A DNA stretch of 64,000 bases from an uncultured Alphaproteobacteria bacterium (GTDB taxonomy: Bacteria > Pseudomonadota > Alphaproteobacteria > Micropepsales > Micropepsaceae), in the NCBI GenBank assembly GCA_963802815.1, contig CAWDKN010000058.1, forward strand, positions 14,214 to 78,213, in the 5' to 3' direction. The translations under genes were made by a program, and so were the position numbers. How positions within the stretch are numbered: the stretch's first letter is position 1; the number at the start of each line of letters is the position of its first letter. The notes beneath the pieces are model-generated. The model ran no database searches. It worked only from the letters and a program-made list of their open reading frames with translations, and was not told where the DNA came from. This document shows positions 1-10,973 of the stretch, piece after piece.

Positions 1-910
1 TCATGGCGATGACGTAGTCGAAATCGGCGGGCCGGTAGCCGAGCACGAATTGCAACTCGAGCTCCTTCACGATTCCCATCAGCGGCATGATCGTGTCGGG
101 CTGCTGGCAGACGCCGGCCACGACGATGCGGCAGCCGCGGGGGGCGTCCATCATCACATTGCCGATGAGGCCGGGTACGCCGACGCATTCGAAGATCACA
201 TCCGGCCCCTTGCCGGCGATCTTCTGCACCTGCGGCGTCAGCGCCTGGCCCGGATCGATCGCATCGGTGGCGCCGAACCTGGCCGCCATCTTCTGGCGGA
301 TTTCGGCCTTCTCGCTGACGATGACGTGGCGCGCCCCGAGGAAATTCGCCCATAGCATGGTGGCGAGACCGACGGGACCCGCGCCGATCACAAGCACCGT
401 TGCGCCGCGGGCCATCTTCGCCATGTCGACGGCATGCAGGCCGACCGCGAGCGGCTCGACCATGGCGCCTTCGCGGAACGACACGCTCTGCGGCAGGCGA
501 TACCCGCTCTGCGCCCCGATGCGCACATATTCGGCGTAGGCGCCGGGGCTCTGGCCCAGCCCGATCGTCTGCATCTTCGCGCAGGCACCTGCGCCCAGGC
601 CGAAATTCACGCACGGCGTGTGCTCGCCACAGCAGATCACGGGAAAGCCCGCGACGCGGTCGCCCGACTTCCACAGATGCGCGACCGCTTTGCCCGCTTC
701 CGTGACCTCGCCCGCGAATTCGTGACCCATGACGCTGCCGAGTGCGAGCGGCATCATCGAGGTCGGCTCCGTCATGTGGAGATCCGAGCCGCAGATGCCG
801 CAATTCCTCACCTTGAGGATGAGATCGTGCGGCCCGCAGACGGGATCGGCGATGGCTTCGATCTGGAGCGGCTTTCCCATTTCCCTGAAAAGCGCGGCGC
901 GCATCGACAT
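1..910 (-). CDS. Zn-dependent alcohol dehydrogenase (MDR family), 3' end runs off the window
   Basis: Manual minus-strand translation: MSMRAALFREMGKPLQIE...CGICGSDLH...GHEFAGEV (catalytic Zn motif) and GAGPVG Rossmann motif; not in the ORF track because it has no stop inside the window. Confidence 0.9.
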   Translation of the reverse strand, partial: MSMRAALFREMGKPLQIEAIADPVCGPHDLILKVRNCGICGSDLHMTEPTSMMPLALGSVMGHEFAGEVTEAGKAVAHLWKSGDRVAGFPVICCGEHTPCVNFGLGAGACAKMQTIGLGQSPGAYAEYVRIGAQSGYRLPQSVSFREGAMVEPLAVGLHAVDMAKMARGATVLVIGAGPVGLATMLWANFLGARHVIVSEKAEIRQKMAARFGATDAIDPGQALTPQVQKIAGKGPDVIFECVGVPGLIGNVMMDAPRGCRIVVAGVCQQPDTIMPLMGIVKELELQFVLGYRPADFDYVIAM

Positions 911-990
911 CTCCCCGAACAGGTTTCAGAATAACGGATCGGCCGGGAGACTATGCCATCCCGCACCGACACGATACGGGGACGCAACGC

Positions 991-2413
991 ATGAATCCTT
1001 ACGCGACGGCACGGGATATGATCGCCGACCTGAAGGCGAAAAAGATTTCCGCGCGTGAACTTCTGAACGCCCATGTGGCGCGCAACGAAACACTTGCGAA
1101 AAAGCTGAACGCCGTCGTGGCGACCGATCTCGATCGCGCGACGAAGGCGGCTTCCGCCGTCGACGAGGCCCGTGCACGCGGCGACACGCTGGGACCGCTC
1201 GCGGGCCTTCCGATGACGATCAAGGACGGGCTCGACGTCGAGAACATGCCGGCGACCAGCGGCGCGCCCGAGCTCGCCAATCGCGACAAGAACTGCGCCG
1301 ACGCCGCGGTGGTGAAGCTCGCGCGCGCAGCGGGCGCCGTCATCTGGGGCAAGACGAATGTCCCCTTCATGCTTGGCGATCTGCAGAGCTACAACGCCAT
1401 CTACGGCACCACGAACAATCCCTACGACGTCACGCGCACGCCCGGCGGCTCGTCGGGCGGTGCGGCCGCGGCACTCGCCGCCGGAATCACGCCGCTCGAG
1501 ATCGGATCGGATATCGGCGGCTCGCTTCGGCATCCGGCGAATTTTTCCGGAAGTCATGGCGCTCAAGCCGACCTGGGGCGTGCTCGATCTGCGCGGTCAC
1601 ATCCCGCCGATGCCGGACAGGTTCATCGAGACGGACCTCGGCGTCGTGGGCCCGATGGCGCGCAACGGCGAGGACCTGAAGCTGTTGTGGAGCGTGCTCA
1701 GCCGCTCGACGCCGCTGGCGCGCCGCAGCATCAAGGGCGCGCGGATCGCGGTGTGGGACGAGGAAAAAAGCTGGCCGCTCGCCGCCGAAGTGCGCGCGCA
1801 TGTGGCACTTGCCGCCGAGGCGCTGTCGCGCGCGGGCGCCGACGTCGAACGGACAAAGCCGGACATCGACGGCGAGGCGCTGATGGATTCCTACATGGGC
1901 ATCCTGACGGCGATCCTGGGACTGGGATTGCCGGAAGAGCTGATCGCCGCGTTCGAGGCGCGCCGCGTCGAGGATCGCAAGCTCGCGGCGGCGGGAAAGC
2001 CCGACGCCGCCTTTCGCCTGCGCGCCACCGCGACCTATCGCGACGTGCTGATCCACATGGCCAGGCGCCAGATGCTGAAAGACAAGCTCGCGCAATTCTT
2101 CCAGGAATACGACGCGATCCTGATGCCGATCACGACCATCGTCGCGTTCAAGCATCAGCACGAGCCGGGCTTCCAGGACCGCATGATCGATGTGGACGGC
2201 AAGAGCGTGCCCTACGGTACGATGCTCAACTGGATATCGCCCGCGACCGCGCTGCACGCGCCGTCGATCGCGGTGCAGGCAGGACGCACGCGTTACGGCG
2301 TTCCGGTCGGCGTCCAGGTGGTGGGACCATGGCAGGGTGAAAACCGCCTGTTCGATTTCGCGGCCGCGATCGAAGATGGGCTTGGCGGATTCACGCCGCC
2401 CCCGCTCGGCTAG
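991..2413 (+). CDS. Amidase signature family protein (frameshift near 1551)
   Basis: GGSSGG and GSDIGGSLR motifs in ORF 991..; the frame changes at tccggaagtcatg and continues as VMALKPT...GVQVVG in ORF 1358..2413. Confidence 0.88.
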
Positions 2414-2428
2414 TTCGTCTCTTCGACT

Positions 2429-2549
2429 GTCATGGCCCGCGAGCGGGCGACCCCGGTGACGCCTCGAAGGATATGCTCCCATAACAGCCGCTCCGTTGCG
2501 CAGCGAGCATGCCTTCATTCGGGTGGCCCGCATTCGCGAGCCATGGCAC
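2429..2549. repeat. REP-like inverted doublet (GTCAT family)
   Basis: GTCATGGCCCGCGA at 2429 and near-complement TCGCGAGCCATGGC at 2534; internal GGGTGGCC shared with the element at 32543-32740. Confidence 0.65.
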
Positions 2550-2681
2550 CGGGTGGTGGGAAATATCCGCCAAAGCCATCCGGTTTACGTAGAGGAATTT
2601 TATCTTGCGTCCGCTGGTCCCGCGACTTGACGGCGGCTCCGTGCCATAACTACCGCATCGAAATTCGCCGGAGTGAACGTC

Positions 2682-3855
2682 ATGACTTTCAAGCTTCGCA
2701 ATGGAATTCTTCCTCGCGCCCTTTCACCCCATCGACGAGGATCCGACGCTCTGCATTCAGCGCGATCTCGAGCTGATCGAGCATCTCGATCGCCTCGGTT
2801 ATGACGAAGCCTGGGTCGGCGAGCATCATTCCGCGGGCTACGAGATCATCCCGAGCCCTGAGGTCTTCATCGCCGCCGCGGCGGAACGCACCAAGCGCAT
2901 CAGGCTCGGCACCGGCGTCGTGTCGCTGCCCTATCACCATCCGTTGACGACCGCGAACCGCATGCTGCAGCTCGATCATCAGACCAAGGGCCGCGTGATG
3001 TTCGGCGTCGGCCCCGGCCTTCTTCCCTCCGATGCGTTCCAGATGGGAATCGATCCTTCCACGCAGCGCGAGCGCATGGTGCAGGCGATCGAGGTCATCC
3101 TGCGCCTGTTCGCGGGAGAACGCGTCACGCACAAGACCGACTGGTTCACGCTCGTCGACGCGACCTGCCAGCTTCTGCCTTACACCTGGCCGCATCCCGA
3201 GATTGCGGTCGCCTCCAGCATTACGCCGTCGGGCGGCAAGCTCGCCGGCAGGCATGGCTTCGGCATGCTGTGCGTGGCGGCGACGCAGGAAGGCGGCTAC
3301 GACGCGCTCAGCATCAACTGGAAAATCGCCAACGACACGGCGGCCGAGAACGGCGGCAAGATGGATCCGGAGAAGCTGCGACTCGTCGGCCCGGTTCACA
3401 TCGCCGAGACCAGGGCCGAGGCGATGGAGAACGTGAAGTTCGGCTACACCAAATGGGCGGATTACTTCTCTGCCATCAGCGCCGTCGCCGGGCGCGAGAA
3501 CATGCGCGACCAGGGCATCGAAGACGCGATCAAGGCGGGGACCATCGTGGTGGGCACACCCGACGACGCCATCGCGCAGGTGCAGCGCCTGCAGGCCAAG
3601 CAGGGCGAGTTCGGCGCCTTCCTGCAGCTGGCGCACAATTGGGCGAATTTCGAGAACACCAAGAAGTCCTATGATTTGTGGATGCGCCACGTGCAGCCGG
3701 TGATCAACAAGGCGAACACCGCGCGCGAGACGGCCTACAACTGGGCGCGCGACAACAAGGAGCGTTTCATCGGCGCGGCGATGACGGCGGCGATGCAGAC
3801 GATACAGAAGCATCACGAGGACGAGGCGAAGAAGTCGCCCAAGGCCGCCGAGTAG
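2682..3855 (+). CDS. LLM-class flavin-dependent oxidoreductase (luciferase-like monooxygenase); probable start 2682 with an indel near 2706
   Basis: WVGEHH and RIRLGTGV motifs; ATG 2682 after GGAG gives MTFKLRNG, joining FLAPFHP with one base removed. Confidence 0.88.
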
Positions 3856-3969
3856 AAGGCCGCGTCCTCATCTTGGGTTCATCGAGCCGGCGCGTGTCAG
3901 CATCGCACGGCCGGCTCTTCTTTTTCCGGCGGCGCCGGCTCTACAGTCGCGCTTCGGATGGAGGGTCTC

Positions 3970-4497
3970 ATGACCGCCGCGCTCGTGATCATCGACGTTC
4001 AGAAGGGCATGTTCGACGGGACGGAGGCCGGCACGCCGCATGACGGCGAAGCGGTCGTTGCGCGTATCGCCGGATTGATCGGAAGGGCGCGCACACGCGG
4101 AACGCCGGTGCTCTACGTTCAGCACGATGGCGGCGCGTCTCACCCCCTTCATCCCGGAAAGCCGGGTTTCGATTTTCACGACAAGCTGGCGCCCAGGCCC
4201 GGCGACAACGTGACGGTGAAGCGCAATTCGAGCGCGTTCCACGATACCGATTTCGACGCCAAGCTGCGAAAGCGCGGCATCGACCATCTGATCGTCACCG
4301 GCATGCAATCGGAATATTGCGTGGACTCCGCCATCCGCGGCGCCAGGGAGCGCGGCTACACCGTGACGCTCGTCTCCGACGCGCATTCGACGTTCAATTC
4401 GAAGATCGCCAAGGCCGAGCAGATCATCGCCATCCAGAACGACACGATGAACGGATCGTTTGCGCGGCTGAGGACGGCGGACGAGATCGAGTTCTGA
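3970..4497 (+). CDS. Isochorismatase-family cysteine hydrolase
   Basis: ALVIIDVQ, K...SAF and GMQSEYCV catalytic motifs; GGAGG RBS before ATG 3970. Confidence 0.9.
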   Translation: MTAALVIIDVQKGMFDGTEAGTPHDGEAVVARIAGLIGRARTRGTPVLYVQHDGGASHPLHPGKPGFDFHDKLAPRPGDNVTVKRNSSAFHDTDFDAKLRKRGIDHLIVTGMQSEYCVDSAIRGARERGYTVTLVSDAHSTFNSKIAKAEQIIAIQNDTMNGSFARLRTADEIEF

Positions 4498-4523
4498 CCA
4501 TATTTGCGGGCCATGGCATCGAG

Positions 4524-6314
4524 TTACAGCTTCACTTTCCCCGACACGATGTCCTCGTATACGCCCGGCGTCAGCGCTTCGTAGGCGCCGCTCACAGGGT
4601 TCAGCCAGTACAGCGGCATCACGATCACATTCGGGTCGAAGCCGTCTTTCACCAGCTCGACTTTGCGCTGCTTGAACGTCCCGGTGATCTCGAGATCCGG
4701 CTGCAGGCGCAGGAAGACCGGGCGTGCATAGGCGGGAAGATTGCCCTGGAGCCGGCCCGCGAGGGTCGAGACGGCGAAAGCGGGGGTCGCGACCAGGGCC
4801 GCCATGCCGGCGCGGCCATCCATGCCGGGCACGGCGACGCCGTAGACGTTGGCTTCCTTGATGCCGGGGACGACGCCGAGCGCTTCGGCGACTTCGCTGG
4901 TCGCGACGTTCTCGCCCTTCCAGCGGAAGGTATCGCCTATGCGATCGACGAAATAGAAATAGCCGTGATCGTCCTCTCGCAGAAGGTCGCCGCTGCGGAA
5001 CCAGGCGTCGCCTTTCTCGAACGCGTCGCGGAGGATTTTCTTCTGCGTGTCGGACGCCTTGGTGTAGCCCTCGAAGCCGCGGCCCGGTTCGTCGACGATC
5101 CTGCCGATCGCCTCGCCCACCTCGCCGGGGGCGCATTCGATGCAGAACCCGTCGGGACCGCGCACCGGTTCCTCGCGATCGATGTTGAAGCGCACCAGCC
5201 GCGTCTGGATGCGGCTTCGCATGTAACGCGGGATCCGGCCCACGGCGCCCACCTTGCCGTCATAGTTGATCATCGCGACGTTTCCCTCCGTCGCGCCGTA
5301 GAACTCGACGATCTTGGGGACCGCGAAACGCTCCTTGAAGGGGAGCCATATTTCGGGCCGCAGGCCGTTGCCGATGATCGCGCGCAGATGATGGTCGCGT
5401 TCATGCGCGGCAACCGGCGCGTTCAGGAGGTAGCGGCAGAGCTCGCCGATATATTGGAAGAAGGTCGGCTTGTAGCGGAAGCAATCGTCCCAGAATTCGT
5501 TGACCGAGAAGCGCCGCCGGATGACGAGGGAGCCGCCATTGAGGAAAGGCGGGCCGAGCGCCGCGATCCCGCCGGCCGAATGGTAGAGCGGCAGCGTGTC
5601 GTACATGCGGTCGGATTCCCGGGCGCCGAGCGCGCCCGAGAAGCCGATCATCATGAACAGCATGCGCATGTGGCTGAAATTTGCGGCCTTTGGCAGCCCG
5701 GTCGTGCCGGAGGTGTAGATGAAGAACGCCCTGTCCTTCAGAGTGAGGCCGCCCCGCAATGCCTTGTCGACCGCGCCGGGCGACGATTGTGCCAGCGCCG
5801 TGTCGAGATCTTCCGTGCCGGGCACGCGCGCGCCTGTCACCCAGGCCTTGGCTTTTGTTTCGAGCTGCGGCGCGACCTCGGCAAAGGCGCCGGCGAGCTC
5901 ATGGCCCACGATCACATGGCGCGCTCCGGCGATGCCGATTGAATGGACGAGCGGCGTGCCGCGCAGATTGGTGTTGATGAGTGCCGTGACGGCGCCGACC
6001 TTGATCATGCCCAGCCACGCCATGATGTATTCGGGCCGGTTTTCCATCAGCAGCGCCACGGCGTCGCCATGCTTGATGCCGGCCGAGGCAGCCCAATGGG
6101 CGTAGCGGTTCGCGCCTTCGTTCAGCGCGCGATAGGTGACGACCTGGTCATGGCAGAAGACCGCGATGTTTGCGGGCTTCTCCGTCGCGAAGCCTTCGAC
6201 GATGTCGGCGACCGTGTGGCTGGAGTCCGGGGTGACCGAGCGCATCGCCCGCAACGTCCGCCCGATCGTGCGGATATAGGTGACTTCGCGCGCGAGCGGC
6301 TCGAACATCCCCAT
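4524..6314 (-). CDS. Long-chain acyl-CoA synthetase (FATP-like)
   Basis: YTSGTTGLPKAA AMP-binding motif, YGATEGN, DRIGDTFRWKGENVATSEV FATP signature. Confidence 0.93.
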   Translation of the reverse strand: MGMFEPLAREVTYIRTIGRTLRAMRSVTPDSSHTVADIVEGFATEKPANIAVFCHDQVVTYRALNEGANRYAHWAASAGIKHGDAVALLMENRPEYIMAWLGMIKVGAVTALINTNLRGTPLVHSIGIAGARHVIVGHELAGAFAEVAPQLETKAKAWVTGARVPGTEDLDTALAQSSPGAVDKALRGGLTLKDRAFFIYTSGTTGLPKAANFSHMRMLFMMIGFSGALGARESDRMYDTLPLYHSAGGIAALGPPFLNGGSLVIRRRFSVNEFWDDCFRYKPTFFQYIGELCRYLLNAPVAAHERDHHLRAIIGNGLRPEIWLPFKERFAVPKIVEFYGATEGNVAMINYDGKVGAVGRIPRYMRSRIQTRLVRFNIDREEPVRGPDGFCIECAPGEVGEAIGRIVDEPGRGFEGYTKASDTQKKILRDAFEKGDAWFRSGDLLREDDHGYFYFVDRIGDTFRWKGENVATSEVAEALGVVPGIKEANVYGVAVPGMDGRAGMAALVATPAFAVSTLAGRLQGNLPAYARPVFLRLQPDLEITGTFKQRKVELVKDGFDPNVIVMPLYWLNPVSGAYEALTPGVYEDIVSGKVKL

Positions 6315-6374
6315 TCCGGCGACTTGCTTCCTTTGTCAGGGGCAGGATAGGAACGGAGGCCTGAGCGTCAAGCA

Positions 6375-6614
6375 ATGGCGGACGAACGCGAAACTCTCGA
6401 TTTGCGCGGGCTCAAATGCCCGCTGCCTGCCCTGTTCGCGAAGCGGGCTCTCCTGCGCGCGAAGCCGGGCGCGTCGATCGCGGTGATCGCCGATGACCCC
6501 ATGGCCGCGATCGACGTGCCGCATATGTGCCGCGACGAAGGGTTCGACGTCGTGGCGCAGTCGCGCGAAGGCGACGTAACGAGGCTGGTGCTAAAGAGGC
6601 CGGCAGACCGCTAG
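6375..6614 (+). CDS. TusA/SirA-family sulfurtransferase
   Basis: LDLRGLKCPLP motif, 79 aa. Confidence 0.88.
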   Translation: MADERETLDLRGLKCPLPALFAKRALLRAKPGASIAVIADDPMAAIDVPHMCRDEGFDVVAQSREGDVTRLVLKRPADR

Positions 6615-7153
6615 TGTTGCGCCGCCGGCGGCGGCTGTGTCAGCGGCTGGATGTGCGTCACGACGTCGTTGGCATTGAGCGCACGGGGGTCGGCCTTGGC
6701 CTGCTCCGGCGTGAGCAGCACGATCTCGGCATACGCATCGTAATGGGTGATCGGCGTCGAATCGGCTTCGCCTTCATCGAAGTCCCAGTCGTGCCAGTAC
6801 CAGCCGAAGCGTGGGCCGAAATGCGGCCCCAGCGGATCGCCGAAGAAATCGGTGTGATAGGCGGTCTTGGCCTCGGTATCGCGCGTATCGAATATGAACC
6901 AGCTGTAGCCCGCCTGCAGCGTGACCTGGGCGGCGCGCAGAAGCAGATAGTCCTCCACCGTCTCGCGCTTGGTCGCGGAGTTGCCCGTGAAGGTCACGCG
7001 ATAGCGGTTCTGGCCGAGCTGCTGGTCGGTGTAGCCCGTCGAACCGCCGGCTTTGGGCTGATAGACCGCCGGGCTCTGGCAGGCCCCCAGGACCAGGATC
7101 AGGGCCGCAAGAGCGCCAAACTTCCACTGCTTCGACACGGTTGGTTTTTCCAT
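6611..7153 (-). CDS. CC0125/CC1285-family lipoprotein
   Basis: Lipobox LGAC, then GYTDQQL...YRVTFTGNSAT...YLLLRAAQVTL...GYSWF. Confidence 0.75.
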   Translation of the reverse strand: MEKPTVSKQWKFGALAALILVLGACQSPAVYQPKAGGSTGYTDQQLGQNRYRVTFTGNSATKRETVEDYLLLRAAQVTLQAGYSWFIFDTRDTEAKTAYHTDFFGDPLGPHFGPRFGWYWHDWDFDEGEADSTPITHYDAYAEIVLLTPEQAKADPRALNANDVVTHIQPLTQPPPAAQH

Positions 7154-7241
7154 CGCCGCTGCACCTAAGACCGCGAGTGCTCGGGCAAATTTGCCATAGA
7201 CGGGCGGGTTTTCGCACTGGCCCCGCGTTTTTCTATTTATT

Positions 7242-7255
7242 ACTGACCAGTTAGT
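7242..7255. promoter_or_regulatory. Probable TetR operator
   Basis: Imperfect palindrome ACTGACCAGTTAGT in an AT-rich stretch 15 nt upstream of the tetR start. Confidence 0.55.
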
Positions 7256-7270
7256 TATTAGTGTCATTTC

Positions 7271-7919
7271 ATGACAACGCCCCAGACGGCCCCAGGCACC
7301 CGGTGGACTCGCCGCAAGGAGGCGCGCCCGGCGGAGATCCTCGATGCGGCGGTCGGCGTGTTTGCCGAGAAAGGCTTCGCCGCAGCGCGCATGGACGACA
7401 TCGCCAGACGCGCCGGTGTCACCAAGGGCACCATCTATCTCTACTTCCAGAGCAAGGAAGACGTCTTCAAGGCGCTGGTGCAGGGCTCGATCGGACGCCA
7501 GATCGAGACCGTCACCGACGCGATGCTGCGTTACGAGGGAACGACCCGCGACCTTCTGAGATTCGTGCTGGTGTCCATGGGCGTGTTCCTGCGCACGAGC
7601 GACCGCGCCGTCCTGCCCAAGATCATGATGGCCGAAGCGGGAAACTTTCCCGAGCTCGCAAAATTCTATCGTGAGCAGGTCATCGAAAAGGCATCGCACT
7701 GTTCACCTCCGTGATCGAGCGCAGTGTCGCGCGCGCGAATTCCGCGCCCTGCCCGCGGCCCATGTCGCGCGCATCTGCGTCATGCCGCTTCTGCTCATCG
7801 CCATTTGGCGAACGACCTTCGCGAAGTTCGATTCAACGCCAGACGACTTCGAAGAATACGTAACCACGCATGTCGACGTCGTGCTGAAGGGCCTCGCCGC
7901 GGACGGAGAGAACCAATGA
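7271..7919 (+). CDS. TetR/AcrR-family regulator (two probable single-base deletions near 7692-7735)
   Basis: HTH ARMDDIARRAGVTKGTIYLYFQSKEDVF; C-terminus EFRALP...GLAADGENQ in another frame; stop overlaps the hlyD ATG (ATGA). Confidence 0.85.
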
Positions 7920-8737
7920 AACGGATTTCCGCACTTCTTCTTCTGCTGCTCGCGGGCTGCGGCAACGACGACGATCACGCCTGGCTCGGCTATGCCGAAG
8001 GCGACACCGCTTTCGTGTCGGCGCCGCAGGCGGGCTGGGTCTCGCAAATGACCGTCAACCGCGGCGACTGGGTGACGAACGGCGAGAGGCTCTTCACGCT
8101 CGACGACACCCATGAGCTCGCGGCGCGCGATCAGGCCGTCGCCAATCTCGCGCAGGCCAAGGCCGCGCTGGCGCAGGAACAGGCGAACCTCGTCTACACG
8201 CAGCGCTCGCTCGAGCGCCAGCAAGGCCTGGCGCGCTCCAAAGCGGGCGTGCCCGCGACCCTCGACCAGACGCTGGCGAGCTATCGTCAGTCGCTGGCGC
8301 ACATCGCGCAGCTCGAGGGCCAGATCAGCCAGATGGGGGCCGCGCTCAACGACGCGACTTACCAGCTCACCCAGCGCTCCGTCGTTGCCCTGACGGCCGG
8401 GCGCGTGCAGGACATCTATTTCTGGCCGGGCGAATACGCGCCCGCGATGACGCCGATCGTATCGATCCTGCCGCCACAGAACGTCTTCGTGCGCTTCTTC
8501 GTCCCGGAAACGGATTTCTCGAAGATCCATCTGGGCGAGAAGGTATCCATCTCCTGCGACGGCTGCGCCAAGGGCGTAATCGCGACAGTGAGCTTCATCG
8601 CCAGCCAGGAAGAGTTCACGCCGCCCGTGATTTTCTCGATCGGCAGCCGCGAGAAGCTCGTCTTCAAGATCGAGGCGCGCGCGCCGGGAGGGCTCAAGCT
8701 CAATCCCGGCCAGCCCGTCGACGTGCGGCTGCTCTGA
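7916..8737 (+). CDS. HlyD-family efflux periplasmic adaptor (YbhG-like lipoprotein)
   Basis: MKRISALLLLLLAGC lipobox, GYAEGD, EFTPPVIFS, LNPGQPVDV. Confidence 0.9.
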   Translation: MKRISALLLLLLAGCGNDDDHAWLGYAEGDTAFVSAPQAGWVSQMTVNRGDWVTNGERLFTLDDTHELAARDQAVANLAQAKAALAQEQANLVYTQRSLERQQGLARSKAGVPATLDQTLASYRQSLAHIAQLEGQISQMGAALNDATYQLTQRSVVALTAGRVQDIYFWPGEYAPAMTPIVSILPPQNVFVRFFVPETDFSKIHLGEKVSISCDGCAKGVIATVSFIASQEEFTPPVIFSIGSREKLVFKIEARAPGGLKLNPGQPVDVRLL

Positions 8738-9663
8738 TGGCAGGCGCGCTCGCCATCGACGTGCACGGCCTGACCAAGACGTTCGGCCAGAAGGTCGCGG
8801 TCAACAAGATCGACATCGCCGTTCCCGAAGGCGAGGTGTGGGGCTTTCTCGGCCCCAACGGCTCGGGCAAGACCACGACGATCCGCATGCTGTGCGGGCT
8901 GCTTCACGCCGACGCCGGCGAAGGCACCTGTCTCGGCCTCGATTTCCGCACGCAGTCCGAAGAGATCAAGCGGCGGGTCGGATACATGACCCAGAAGTTC
9001 AGCTTCTGGGAGGATCTGTCGATCCGCGAGAATCTGGAGTTCGTGGCAAGCGTCTACGAATTGCCCAACCGCAGGAAAGTCGTCGACGACACGCTTCGGC
9101 GCCTCGGGCTCGGGCCGCGCCAGCACCAGCTCGCGGGCGCGCTGTCGGGCGGCTGGAAGCAGCGCCTGGCGCTTGCCGCCTGCCTGCTGCATTCGCCGAA
9201 ACTGCTGCTGCTCGACGAACCCACGGCCGGCGTCGACCCCAAGGCGCGGCGCGACTTCTGGGACGAGATCCACGCGCTGAGCGCGGACGGCATCACCGTC
9301 CTGGTGAGCACGCACTATATGGACGAGGCCGAACGTTGCGACCGCATCGTCTATATCAGTCTCGGCAACATCGTCGCCCGGGGAACGGTCGCCGAGGTCA
9401 TCAAGCAATCCAAGCTGTTCACCTTCGTCGTCGAAGGCAACGGCGCGCGCGCGCTGGCGGCCGAGATGCACGGCAAGAAGGGCGTCGAATTCGTCGCGTT
9501 CTTCGGCGCGGCGCTGCATGTGAGCGGACAAGACCGCACGGCGCTCGAGTCCGCGCTCGCGCCCTACCGCGGGCGCAGCGACCTCGACATCCACGAAGCG
9601 CTGCCGAGCCTCGAAGACGTGTTCATCCAGCTCCAGGAGCAATCCGGAGGCTCGGCCTCATGA
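8737..9663 (+). CDS. ABC transporter ATP-binding protein
   Basis: Walker A GPNGSGKT, LSGG signature, LLLLDEPT. Confidence 0.95.
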   Translation: MAGALAIDVHGLTKTFGQKVAVNKIDIAVPEGEVWGFLGPNGSGKTTTIRMLCGLLHADAGEGTCLGLDFRTQSEEIKRRVGYMTQKFSFWEDLSIRENLEFVASVYELPNRRKVVDDTLRRLGLGPRQHQLAGALSGGWKQRLALAACLLHSPKLLLLDEPTAGVDPKARRDFWDEIHALSADGITVLVSTHYMDEAERCDRIVYISLGNIVARGTVAEVIKQSKLFTFVVEGNGARALAAEMHGKKGVEFVAFFGAALHVSGQDRTALESALAPYRGRSDLDIHEALPSLEDVFIQLQEQSGGSAS

Positions 9664-10794
9664 AAAGCTTTTCCTTAGCCCGCATCCGCGCGCTTCTGGT
9701 CAAGGAATTCATCCAGATGCGCCGCGACCGGATGACCTTCGGCATGATCGTCGGCATCCCGATCATGCAGACCTTCCTGTTCGGCTTCGCCATCAACGCC
9801 GATCCCAAGCATCTGCCCACGGCGGTGTCGATTTCCGATCCCGGCGTCTTCGCGGGATTCGATCACCTCGGCGCTCGCCAATTCAAGCTATTACGACGTG
9901 ATCAAATCGACCAACTCGCCGGAAGAGGCGCGCCGCCTGCTTGACGAAGGCAAGGTCTCCTTCGTCGTCGAGATTCCCACGAACTTCTCGCGCGACATCG
10001 TGCGCGGCGCGCAGCCCGATCTCCTCGTCGAAGCCGACGCAACCGATCCGGCCTCGAGCGCGAATGCGGTCGGCGCGCTGCAGAGCATTGCCAACGCCGC
10101 CCTGCGCGACGACCTGACGGGGCCGCTCGCCGCGCGCGCCGTGAGCACGCCGCCGTTCAACGTCGTGACGCACCTTCTCTACAATCCGGAGGTGAACACG
10201 CAATACAACATCGTGCCGGGACTTCTCGGCGTGATCCTCACCATGACCATGGTGCTCATGACCTCGATCGCGCTCACCCGCGAGCGCGAACGCGGCACTT
10301 ATGAAAATCTTCTGGCCATGCCGACCCATCCGATCGAGATCATGATCGGCAAGATCGTGCCGAACATCTTCGTCGGGCTGGTTCAGAGCGCGCTCGTGCT
10401 CGTCGCGGCGCATTACGTCTTCGGCGTGCCGATCCTCGGTTCGCTGGCTCTGCTCTTTCTCGCCGTCTTCGTCTTCATCGCGGCCAATCTCGCAGTGGGT
10501 TACACCTTCTCCACTATTGCGCAAAGCCAGCTTCAGGCGATGCAGATGATGGTGTTCTTTCTGCTGCCCTCGATCCTGCTCTCGGGCTTCGCCTTTCCAT
10601 TCCGCGGCATGCCCGACTGGGCGCAGTGGGTAGGCGAGATTCTTCCCAACACGCATTTCCTGCGCGTGGTGCGCGGCATCCTGCTCAAGGGCAACGGCGC
10701 TGGCGAGATCTGGCCGGACCTCTGGCCGCTCATTCTCTTTCTGTTCGCCATGGGGACGGTGTCGCTCTTGCGATTCCGGCGCACTCTCGACTAG
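9660..10794 (+). CDS. ABC-2 type permease (frameshift near 9856)
   Basis: KEFIQMRRDR N-terminus from ATG 9660; RERERGTYENLL and LLSGFAFPFRGMP in ORF 9898..10794. Confidence 0.88.
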
Positions 10795-10973
10795 GCCAAT
10801 TCGCCCTCCCGGTCGTGCTTCACCGCGGCCCCTTGCGAAAGATCTCCACCCGTCACACATTGCCCCGGCTACTTCTTGACGGGTCCTGCGTTCTGCAGGG
10901 GCCCAGTGCCCGAATGACCGCCGGACATCGGCGGCGCCAACTTCGGAAACGATGGGGGTCCGAACGTTACGCC

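Noticed and set aside
1545-1560. Programmed frameshifting in the amidase and other split genes
   Set aside because: No consistent slippery heptamer or stimulatory structure, and too many unrelated genes are affected.
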